From Octopus sinensis (taxonomy: Eukaryota): a DNA stretch of 33,396 nucleotides. The translations under genes and the position numbers were made by a program. The stretch spans positions 1 through 33,396 of the forward strand of contig NW_021831898.1 in the NCBI RefSeq assembly GCF_006345805.1, in the 5' to 3' direction. This document shows positions 10,655-20,754 of the stretch, piece after piece; within the stretch, counting starts at the first letter, position 1, and every line of letters begins with the position of its first letter. Under the pieces are notes generated by a model. The model ran no database searches and was not told the DNA's origin. It was given only the letters and a program-made list of their open reading frames with translations.

Positions 10655-13600
10655 TCAGAATTTGGGCACTATGGCCCACTCAAGTAGAGAGTTATTGTTT
10701 ACAGAGAAATATCCGGGTGTAGGGGGTTATCCGGGATTTCTTGAAGGAATCTGTCCAAAGACTTCTTGAACCCTATAGGGTCAGTTCTGTTTTAATGTGT
10801 TTTGGTGTATGTTAAAGAGAGCGGGGGCCAATTGAGGTGAAATAATTGTGCCGTATTGTTGTTATGAGATGAAGTGCGATTTTTGTTTTGGGCGGATGGC
10901 ACGGGGCCCAAGCCTTGGATGTACCTTAAAGGTGATGCCAACATCATTTGGGCAATGCTGATGGAATATTTTCCACATCATGCAGATGATGTAGCGCTCA
11001 CGACGACGTTGGAGAGAATAGAGTTTTAGCTTTTCTAGTCGACCCCAATAGTCGAGGCCTGTCATGCCATCTATCTTTTTTGTGATTGCCCTTTGTGGTG
11101 CTTCAACTTTTATGATACCTTGTATTGTGTGGGGAGACCACAGTGGACAACAGTATTCAAGGTGGGGTCGGGCAAAAGTGGAGAAGAGAAGGATAATGGT
11201 GTGGATATCTCTCGACTGAAAAGTTCTGAGAATCCAGGAACACATTCTGCGGGCCATGTCAACTTTGGTGTTTATATGAGTGGCCCAGCTTACGTTGTTG
11301 TCCACAATTACTCCCAAGTCTCTGATGTTGTTGGACGCCGCGAGAGTTTCACCTGAAGGAAGGGAGTATGGGAGTTTCAGGGCATCCTCTTTTCCAAAGT
11401 GGATTAGCTCAAATTTATCCTCGTTCAGCAGCATATTGTTTTTTCTGCCCATTGGATAACAGCCAGTAGATCTGACTGAAGGCATGTCCGGTCACTCGCC
11501 TCATTTATGACCTTCTGTAGCTTGGAGTCATCTGCAAAGATTTTTATGTTGCTGTGCTTGATGATGTCATTAATGTCATTAATGTAAATGATGAAAAGAA
11601 GTGGGCCCAGCACAGTGCCTTGCGGAACGCCACTACTGACTTTGGCTGGGCTTGATTTTACCCCTTCAACTACAACATGTTGAGATCTGTCTGTCAGGAA
11701 ACACTTAATCCATTTCAGTAACTTTCCAGAGACACCAATGTTGGATAGTTTTTTCAATAGGATCTTGTGATCGACCCTGTCGAAGGCCTTACTGAAATCA
11801 AGGTAGATGACATCGGTGTTGGAGCCCTCTCCAAAGCTCTCAAAATGTCCTCAAAGTGATGCAGGAGCTGCGTTAGGCAGTCCCTTCATTACGGAACCCA
11901 TGTTGGTTGGAGATCAGCCGTCTGTTGCTTTCCAGAAATTGGGTTATTCGAGATCTCACCACCCTCTCAAATACCTTGATGATATGAGAGGTGAGTGAAA
12001 TCGGACGGTAATTCACTGCAAGGGACTTGTTTCCCTTTTTGAAAACTGGGAAACAGACTGGGACAGGAGATTTTTTGGAATATAGCCAGCATCCAGTGAG
12101 TTTCTCCACAGATTAGCAAGGGAGATGCAAGTTGGTGTCGACACACTTTCAGGACACAAGCAGGGAACCTATCGGGGCCTACTGCTGATTGTGTTTTATT
12201 TCGTTTATCGCCGCTAAGACCTCAGGGGCACTAAACGTTTGTCCGATAGTGTGTTTGGGGGGGGTTGACATCACTGATACAGCCCAGATCGGCCATATCA
12301 GATTGCTGAAAACAGAGCAGTATTGTTTCTTGCAGTATCTCGGCCATGGATTTGGCATTATCTTGGAGATGCCAGTTTCGTCAATTAGAGGGCCTACAGT
12401 GAGACAGGACCCTGCGTTTCCTCGCAAATGAAAAGAACACTTTGGGGTTGAGTTTGATTTTTTCAATGGCCCACTTCTCCTCAGCTGATCTTTGGTTATT
12501 GATGAGGGTCTTCATGCATTGTTGGAGGTTATATTTTTTGGATTCAAGCAGTGCGATAGCCGTCGAATGTGTGTGTTGCTGTTGGCAGTACTTTAGTTTT
12601 GTTAATTTTTTTGTTTGTTCTTTTTATTTTTCTGATAATGGTTTTTCTGTTTTGGGGGATTCTGCACTTTTTGTTCACAGGTCTTGGTGGGGAGTGTTTT
12701 GCACATATGTCTGTGACGGTGTCTACAAAGATCTGCCAAGATGTTTTTATGGTTGGTGGAGATGTGTGTATGTGTAAAGGACCAGTCAACATTTGATAGC
12801 TCGTTCCTGATTGCATCCCAGTTGGCTTTATGGAGATCCATGTTGTCAAATGGTGGGCTGGAGGAAGGTCACTAGGATTAGCTTTCGGCTGTGGAATTTC
12901 ATGTTACAGAGAACCATGTCATGGTCTGAAAGAAGGGTTTTTTCCACTGTAACGTTATGTATAGTTGTTGTGTGTTACTAAACCTAGGTCCAAAATGTTC
13001 TGATGTCTTGTTGGTGCAAGGACAAGTTGGGACAAGAAAAACTCATTCGTAAAGTCGAAAAGTGACTCTGCTGCTTCTTTGTCAGCGGTTGAGGCGGGAG
13101 TGCTTGGTTTCAAACAGTTTGTAGTCCAGTCAACACAGGGTAGATTGAAGTCTCCCATCATGAGTATGTTGCTAGAATGGCACTGTTGAATAAAGCACTT
13201 AATGCTGTTGAGGCATTCTTTAAAGCACAGTATGGGTGTTTGGGGCGGCCTATAGAGCCCAATTACTGTCAGGTCATTGGCTTTGTTTTGCACGGGGACT
13301 GATTCACAGTAGCCGTTGGAGAATATACTATTTCCATCTGCCGTAAATGAATCATGCAGGAAAATGGCAGTTCCACCCTTCCTCCTGCCGATACGATCCG
13401 CGCGGATGGTTGTGAAATTCTTCACTCTCACTTCGGCTTCCAAGTGGGAGTTGTCAAGGTGGGTCTCAGTGAGAATGAAGAAAGGGATGTGGTGTGAATG
13501 GTTACCAACCCAGTCTTCAATGAATTGGACCTTCCATTTTTGTGCATTGATGGAAGGGCTGACACCTTGTGCATTGAGTAGGAATGTGGAGGTTAGTGTA

Positions 13601-13700
13601 GTGGCTGGTTTGACTGTTGCAGGGGCTTGGATTTTTTGTGTGTGTAGTGCAGCAATGTGGGGAATTGGTGCACTGGGGTAATAGCATAGGATGGTGTTGA
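10655..13700 (-). pseudogene. LINE family A ORF2 (APE endonuclease + reverse transcriptase), frameshifted
   Basis: ORF-track pieces 12955-13443, 12179-12466, 11873-12109, 11425-11757 and 10862-11485 are collinear APE/RT segments. Confidence 0.88.
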
Positions 13701-14869
13701 GTGATGGCTAGAATGTTTTTGTGTATCTCTTTTGCCATGTTCAACATGGCTAAAAAAGAATTTTCCTGCTTAGGGAGCAGTTTTTGGCTGGAGGTGTGGT
13801 TGCACTGTTGGATAGGGTTGTAGTTTCCACTTTTGTTGTTGTTGTTTTGTGTCTTCCTGAAAAGACTGGACCAGCATTACTGCAGCATGGTGTGTTTTCT
13901 ATTTTATTGTTATTCAGGTTTGTGTGTTGGCTTGAGGCCCCGTTTCTGTTTGTGCGTCGGGTCCCTGGAAGATGAGTGAAGGGACAGTCACTCAGTAGAC
14001 ATGTTCTCTCACGTTGGGAATACCGGCAGATTTTGGGACTCCGAGTTGTGTGTGTTTTTGAATTTCGATTTACTATTTGGTGGTGTTGATGTTATTGTTG
14101 GGATGCGTGCTTTGGCCTTGGCCGGTAGTGCGTCTAGTGCCGGGTAGATGCGTGAAGATGCAGTCACTATTTGTGCAGAGTCTCTGGCGCAGTGAATAGC
14201 GGCATATTTGGGGATTTCTTGTTTGTGCCGTGGGGGGCGCATTCTGTTTCCTATGTTTCTTTAAGTTTTGTTACTGCAGTAGTATTGAGGTGGTGATGTG
14301 GGGGAGAGGGCAGTGGTTTCTTATTTGGTTTTCTGTTGGTATTTTTTGGTGAGAGAAGACGATGGTTGCCAGCGGTGGTGATGATGATGATGATAATTGT
14401 GGTGGTTGCTGTGAGAGCGGTGAAAAGATACTGGCATTTAGAGAATCATCTAGTAAGCTAGAGTTGAGGAGTGGCTGTTGTTCTTGTTGCTGTGGCTGTT
14501 GTTGTTGTTGTTGTGCTTGACCGATGTGAGGGTCAGCCATTGTGCTGGGAACCAGGAGTGGCTCATTCTGTTGTTGTTGTTGTTGTGGCTGCTGATTTTC
14601 TAGCTGTTGTTGTTCTTGAACTGTGAAAATATGTAGAAGCTTTTCATAATGGCCTCTTATCAGTTTGAAAGATACTTCGATATGTTTCAACTTGCTACGA
14701 ATCTGTTTGACGGATCGTGTGTTGACCACTTGTGATGTTTTTTCGGCAATCTCATTCAAACACCAGACATTTAGATTTCTGTTTGGGAAAGAGAGAACCA
14801 TGTGTTTATTAAAACATCAATTTCGTTATCAGACCAATTTCGTCTGTTGCAGGCCTGCAAGTTAGTCAT
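13517..14869 (-). pseudogene. LINE family A ORF1, frameshifted: Myb/SANT-like N-terminus, polyQ region and two CCCH fingers
   Basis: MTNLQACNRRNWSDNEIDVLINTW...EIAEKTSQVVNTRSVKQIRSKLKHI; Q-rich tracts at about 14480-14620; CRYSLRQRLCTNSDCIFTH (14148-14204) and CRYSQRERTCLLSDCPFTH (13972-14028). Joining these pieces needs frameshifts. Confidence 0.72.
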
Positions 14870-15189
14870 GTTTGTTTTTCTTTTGTTTGTTTTCCTTTTG
14901 ATTTTTGAAAATATATAATTCTTTCTTGGGAGTTAAAGAAGTGTATATATATATATAATGTTCTCTCTTAAGGGTGTGAGTTTTTGATTATTTGTGTTTT
15001 GAGGATATTAAAGAAAAACAGGTGTGTAAACAATTTGTAGTTAAATGAAAACGTACTTACGGGTTTGTAGGCAACACGTGGTTACAAATATATATATATT
15101 TAAGGTCAGTTAGTTTTGAAGCTGTGTAGCTTGCTACTGACTTGGGAGAGAAACAAATAGACGTCCGTCCACTTCAACAGTTAATCCAC

Positions 15190-15234
15190 TATAATATATA
15201 ATGTATGTATGTAATATATATATATAATATAATG

Positions 15235-15276
<42 letters not shown>

Positions 15277-15472
15277 GTATAATATATATTATATATTAAT
15301 GTATGTATATATATTTATATATATATATATATATATATAATGTATGTATATATATTTTATATATATATATAATGTATGTATTTATATTTATATATATATA
15401 TATATTATGTATGTATATATATTTATATATTATATATAATGTATGTATATATATATATATATAATGTATATG

Positions 15473-15515
<43 letters not shown>

Positions 15516-15529
15516 ATGTATATATATTT

Positions 15530-15560
<31 letters not shown>

Positions 15561-15941
15561 ATTATATTTATATATATATATATATGTATGTATATATTTT
15601 TATATATATATATAATGTATGTATATATATTTTATATATATATATATAAATATATTAATGTATGTATATATTTTTATATATTATATAATGTATGTATATA
15701 TTATTTATATATATATATAAATATATATAATGTATGTATATATATTTATATATATATAAAAATATATATAATGTATTATATATTATATGTTATATAATAT
15801 AATATATTATATATAGAATTATGTATATATTTATATATATATATATAATGTATGTATATATATTTATATATATATATATATAATGTATGTATATATATTT
15901 ATATATAATGTATGTATATATATTTATATATATATATAATA
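15190..15941. repeat. AT-rich compound minisatellite block 4
   Basis: Same unit and orientation as blocks 1-2. Confidence 0.95.
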
Positions 15942-16296
15942 ATGTTCGTCCTTCGGTTTGAAGATGACCAACTGACATCATCTGATGGAACTGGCGCCAT
16001 GAGACCGGAGGTGGCTGGTGAGGCCAATCCGGGCAAGGAAGCCCCTCCCACAGGTGGGGCAGAAGTGGGTAGGGGCCGTGCTACTGGTGCAGGCGGCTCT
16101 GACTTTACGCATCTGACGTTTCTGCTCCGCTGACCGAATCCGTCCCTCCTCGGCTGTCCCTGCTCCCACGGTGATTGCGCTGTGCCAGGATGAGCGGTTG
16201 GCAGCAAGTGTCTCCCAGGTCTCTGTTCCGATGGAGAAGTCTTTGAGAGAGACCTTGAGACTATCCTTGTAGCGCTTTTTCTGCCCTCCGACTTAT
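15942..16296 (-). mobile_element. RTE-BovB-like LINE 3' fragment with C-terminal C2H2 finger
   Basis: KKRYKDSLKVSLKDFSI..WETLAANRSSW..AEQKRQMRK and HFCPTCGRGFLARIGLTSHLRSH. The short 3' end reads GGTCATCTTCAAACCGAAGGACGAAC. Confidence 0.82.
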
Positions 16297-16350
16297 GGAT
16301 GTTTTTTTTTATGTGCCACCGACACAGGTGCCAGACGAGGCTGGCGAACG
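16297..16350 (-). mobile_element. One internal repeat unit of the RTE 3' UTR
   Basis: Reverse complement of about 10052-10100, with the same breakpoint. Confidence 0.85.
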
Positions 16351-17367
16351 TTTATATTATATATATATATATATATACATTATATATATATAATGTATGT
16401 ATGTATATATATATAATGTATGTATGTATATATATATATGTATTATGTATGTATATATATATAATGTATGTATGTATATATATATATATATAATGTATGT
16501 ATGTAATATAATGTATGTATGATGTATATATATAATGTATGTATGTATAATTATATGTATGTATGTATATATATATAATGTATGTATGTATAATAATATA
16601 TATAATGTATGTATGTATATATAATATTATAATGTATGTATGTATATATATATACTGTATTAGTATATATATATATTGTATGTATGTATATATATATATA
16701 ATGTATGTATGTATATATATATATAATGTATGTGATGTATGTATATATAATAATGTATGTATATATATATATACTGTATTTATGTATATATATATAATGT
16801 ATGTATGTATATATATATAATGTATGTATGTATATATATATAATGTATGTATGTATATATATATAATGTATGTATGTATATATATATAATGTATGTATGT
16901 ATATATATATATATAATGTATGTATGTATATATATATACTGTATGTATGTATGTATATATATATATATAATGTATGTATGTATATATATATACTGTATGT
17001 ATGTATATATATATACTGTATGTATGTATATATATATATAATGTATGTATGTATATATATATAATGTATGTATGTATATATATATAATGTATGTATGTAT
17101 GTATATATATATAATGTATGTATGTATATATATATAATGTATGTATGTATATATATATATATAATGTATGTATGTATATATATATATATAATGTATGTAT
17201 GTATATATATATAATGTATGTATGTATATATATATATATAATGTATGTATGTAATATATATATATGTAGTATGTATATATATATTATATTATGTATGTAT
17301 ATATATAATGTATGTATGTATATATATATAATGTATGTATGTGTATATATATATATATAATGTATGT
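16351..17367. repeat. AT-rich compound minisatellite block 5, variant unit TAATGTATGTATGTATATATATA
   Basis: Tandem units with an extra GTAT and an occasional TACTGTA variant. Confidence 0.95.
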
Positions 17368-17403
17368 GCATTGTTTTTGATTTTGTCAACGAAAACCAGC
17401 ACC

Positions 17404-18000
17404 ATGATACAATTCACTCTGCTAGAAATTTGGAAACGACATGCTGTAATGATTTGGCATTCGTGCTGGAAGTTCCAATAAGAACATTTCAGAGTGTTTG
17501 GGTGTGAATCTAAAGACAGTGCAGAGGGTTCAGAATGAGTTGGATGAATTTAATGGTGATTACGAAGTTACAGCAACTCAGAAAACTCACTTTGATCATT
17601 CCGATAAGAAAAGAACTCCTGAATTTGTGTCTGAGTTTCTTATCAGGCAGAGTTCATGAAGACATTCGGTATTCCTTGTCAAAATGAGAGAGGGTCAATT
17701 TTCATCCCAAGCCTTTAAAGACAAGAGTAAAAACCCTGCTACGAAGTTTCTGAACAAACTCAAGCATCCCCTCCAACCAAACATGGTTTGGTTTTTTTCA
17801 GTTGAGAAAAATTTCCGCCAGGGCCAGATGGTGAACACACAGAACAACCATTGGCTTGCTGTGTCCCCTTAACATGTACCGAGAGTGATAAGTCAAACAT
17901 CGAGTCAGCATCATGGTGTTTGGAGTGATCTTCCCACATGGCCTCAGGCTCAACACAGAGGCCTACATCAAGTACCTGGAGGAGGTAGTGCTGCCCTGGT
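17404..18000 (+). pseudogene. Degraded IS630/Tc1/mariner transposase with internal deletions
   Basis: MIQFTLLEIWKRHAV..IRAGSSNKNISECLGVNLKTVQRV (HTH-like), WFFSVEKNF (the SDEK catalytic D is replaced by V), NTQNNHWL, IMVFGVI, LNTEAYIKYLEEVVLPW. No TIRs seen. Confidence 0.78.
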
Positions 18001-18180
18001 AAGAATATAGTCATTCTGGCTAGCTTGGCTCCAGATTGACAGCTTATCAGGTGACTGGCAGGTTTCCCAAAGTTGGTGTTGCAGATCATTAGGTTATTTG
18101 CATCACAGAACTCTAGAAGCTTCATTCCTTCCTCTTTATGGGAGCCAACTCCATGGCCTCCATGCACAATATGGAAGATA
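18001..18180 (-). mobile_element. RTE APE-endonuclease fragment
   Basis: HGGHGVGSHKEEGMKLLEFCDANNLMICNTNFGKPASHLISCQSG. Confidence 0.75.
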
Positions 18181-18751
18181 CCTCGGCTATGAGAGACAGA
18201 ATTACGATTATGATAAGTTAATTAAATTAAATTGAAGGTGGGTTAGTATTAACAGGGTAGAACCACAAATAGATGAATAATGTACAATTAAAGGTGAAGA
18301 AGCCAGCCAACGTAGCTAGTCATTTTGTCACACATGGGAGAAGGTAACAAGCAGAGTAGTTCTGGGGAATAATGCATGACCAAAGGGTTTAAATAGCACC
18401 ACTAGTCTGACCTGACCCACACACACTTACAAGGATATACTTTAAAAAAATAAAATAAAATAGAAATAAAGTGTAAAATGATATATATATATATAAGTAG
18501 AAATATGATTTAAAATATGACATGATATATACTACAGGCATTTTTTCCTTTTTCTTTTTACAAACATTTTGTTGGGTAGCCATTCACTGTTCATGGAGTT
18601 CCTCCGCCCTTTGACGGGTCTTATTTTTTTTATCCCACAGGGTGTCCAACACACCCTCCTCACCAAGCAGTTTAGTCGCCGCCGACCCGACCATGCAACA
18701 GGTTGTACTGGTTACATGTTACCAGTAGCACTGCAGAGTGACTTGGCATAA

Positions 18752-18863
18752 TGTGTATGTATGTGTGTGTGTGTGTGTGTGTATATATATGTGTGTGTGT
18801 ATGTATATATATATGTGTGTGTGTATATATGTATGTGTGTGTAAATATATATGTATGTGTGTG
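18752..18863. repeat. (TG)n/(TA)n compound microsatellite
   Basis: Visible directly in the sequence. Confidence 0.9.
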
Positions 18864-20754
18864 TCATCATCATCGTTTAACGTCCGCTTTCCATGCTAGC
18901 ATGGGTTGGACGGTTCAACTAGGGTCTGGGAAGCCCGAAGGCTGCACCAGGCCAGTCAGATCTGGCAGTGTTTCTACAGCTGGATGCCCTTCCTAATGCC
19001 AACCACTCCGTGAGTGTAGTGGGTGCTTTTTATGTGCCACCGACACAGGTGCCAGACGAGGCTGGCGAACGGCCACGCTCGGATGGTGTTTTTTTTTGTG
19101 TCACCGACACAGGTGCCAGATGAGGCTGGCGAACGGCCACGCTCGGATGGTGTTTTTTACGTGCCACCAGCATGGAGGCCAGTCGAGGCTGGCACGGCCA
19201 CGATCGGATGGTGTTTGTTATGTGCCCACAGCACGGAGGCCAGTCGATGCGGTACTGGCTACGGCCACTTTCAGATGGTTTTCTTATGTGCCACTGGCAC
19301 TGGTACCACAAAAATACAAATTCCATTGATGTTCATCGATTTTGATTTGATTTGATTTTCACTTGCCTCAACAGGTCTTCACAAGTAGAGTTATGTGTCC
19401 CAAGAAGGTATGCACAGGTGGACTGACTACGTCCCAGGTAGGGCCTCACGTGTCCTGCCGGGTCTTCTCACGCACAGCATACTTCCAAAGGTCTCGGTCT
19501 CTGGTCATTTCCTCGGTGAGACCTAAAGCGCAAAGGTCGTTCTTCACCACCTCGTCCCAGGTTTTCCTGGGTCTACCTCTTCCACAGGTTCCCTCAACCG
19601 CTAGGGTGTGGCACTTTTTCACACAACTATCTTCATCCATTCTTACTACGTGTCCATACCAGCGTAGACGCCTCTCTTGCACACCACATCTGATGCTTCT
19701 TAGGTCCAACTTTTCTCTCAAGGCACTTACACTCTGTCGGGTATGAACACTGACATTACACATCCAACGGAGCATACTGGCTTCATTTCTTGCAAGCTTA
19801 CGCATATCCTCAGCAGTCACGGCCCATGTTTCACTGCCATGTAGCATGGCTGTTTGCACACATGCGTCATACAGTCTGCCTTTTATTCTGAGCGAGAGGC
19901 CTTTTGTCACCAGTAGAGGTAAGAGCTCTCTGAACTTTGCCCAGGCTATTCTTACTCTAGCAGTTACACTTTCGGCACACCCACCCCCGCTACTGACTTG
20001 GTCACCTAGGTAACGGAAACTATCAACTATTTCAAGTTTTTCTCCCTGGAATGTGGCGGAAGATGGTCTCTGCACATTTTCAGTCTTTATTGAACCAGAA
20101 CATCTGCCACATACAAAAACTATCTTCCTAGTTAGCCTTCCTTTGACATTGCTGCACCTCTTATGTGTCCATAGCTTACACTTGGTGCATCTTATAGAGT
20201 TTCTACAGATTGAGCAGGGCCATCTACCTGAAGGCGTTTGAGATTTGTCTACCTTCCTACTTATTAGGACTTTGGTTTTAGCTAGATTGACTCTAAAGCC
20301 CTTCGATTCTAATCCTTGCTTCCACGCCTGAAACTTCACCTCGAGTTCTGATAGTGATTCAGCTATTAGAGCAAGGTCGTCAGCATAGAGGAGCTCCCAG
20401 GGGCATCCTGTCTTGAATTCCTCTGTTATTGCCTGGAGGACTATGATAAATAGGATGAGGCTGAGGACTGAGCCTTGGTAGACCCCAACCTCCACCCGGA
20501 ATTCTTCACTGTACTCGTTGCCAACCCTCACCTTACTAACAGCGTCCCTGTACATGGCACGCACAGCTCTCACTAACCATTTATCTATCCCTAGTTTCCT
20601 CATTGACCACCAGATAAGGGATCGGGGGACTCTGTCAAAGGCTTTCTCCAAGTCAACGAAAGCCAGGTACAGAGTTTTATCTTTGGCTAGGTATTTCTCC
20701 TGCAGCTGTCTCACCAGAAATATGGCATCAGTGGTGCTTTTCCCTGGCACGAAA
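18864..20754 (-). mobile_element. RTE-clade LINE, 5'-truncated, with ~580-bp 3' UTR and (GAT)n tail
   Basis: Contains an uninterrupted RT ORF at 19446-20750. The UTR has ~60-bp tandem units, the GGATGCCCTTCCT motif and a terminal (TCA)n on the + strand. Confidence 0.93.
19446..20750 (-). CDS. RTE ORF C-terminal 434 aa: RT domain with a PHD-like C4HC3 insertion; 5'-truncated, so not a complete protein
   Basis: PGKSTTDAIF, FVDLEKAFDRVPR, YQGSVLS, LLYADDL, VNLAKTK, CSIC..CTKCKLWTHKRC..CGRC, FRYLG, RRLRWYGHV, GRGRPRKTW. Confidence 0.85.
   Translation of the reverse strand: MPGKSTTDAIFLVRQLQEKYLAKDKTLYLAFVDLEKAFDRVPRSLIWWSMRKLGIDKWLVRAVRAMYRDAVSKVRVGNEYSEEFRVEVGVYQGSVLSLILFIIVLQAITEEFKTGCPWELLYADDLALIAESLSELEVKFQAWKQGLESKGFRVNLAKTKVLISRKVDKSQTPSGRWPCSICRNSIRCTKCKLWTHKRCSNVKGRLTRKIVFVCGRCSGSIKTENVQRPSSATFQGEKLEIVDSFRYLGDQVSSGGGCAESVTARVRIAWAKFRELLPLLVTKGLSLRIKGRLYDACVQTAMLHGSETWAVTAEDMRKLARNEASMLRWMCNVSVHTRQSVSALREKLDLRSIRCGVQERRLRWYGHVVRMDEDSCVKKCHTLAVEGTCGRGRPRKTWDEVVKNDLCALGLTEEMTRDRDLWKYAVREKTRQDT

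Larger units (their letters stand above)
10563..15189 (-). mobile_element. CR1/L2-group LINE, family A, copy 2, apparently full length (~4.6 kb)
   Basis: On the minus strand: ~320-bp 5' UTR, ORF1 from ATG at 14869, APE (TFLLNAQG, ILTETHL, IRADRIGRRKGG, MGDFNLP, PTRHQNILDL), RT (NYRPISLTSHIIKVFER, SGVPQGTVLGPLLFIIYIND, IFADDSKL) and an (ATCAAAGT)3 tail. Confidence 0.93.

Noticed and set aside
1-11891. Whole-region fold-back (palindromic) assembly artefact
   Set aside because: The sequence between the two LINE copies (1334-10562) is not mirror-symmetric.
13751-13757. TTTTTTA slippery heptamer (minus strand) as an ORF1-ORF2 -1 frameshift site; also AAATTTT at 6106-6112
   Set aside because: The -1 frame hits a stop before the APE frame, and the second heptamer is out of phase. 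The indel load prevents any frame conclusion.
14271-14801. PolyQ ORF as a host transcription-factor gene
   Set aside because: It sits between the LINE 5' UTR and APE domain in the same orientation with no element boundary, so I treat it as ORF1. This needs consensus confirmation.
3247-17389. Numerous I/Y/M/C-rich ORFs, including the 345-aa ORF at 16352-17389
   Set aside because: They are translations of (TA)n/(TATG)n repeats that happen to lack stops. They carry no coding signal.
18401-18440. CTAG|T as the missing Helitron 3' terminus
   Set aside because: It lacks the GC-rich subterminal hairpin, and a 4-mer match is expected by chance.
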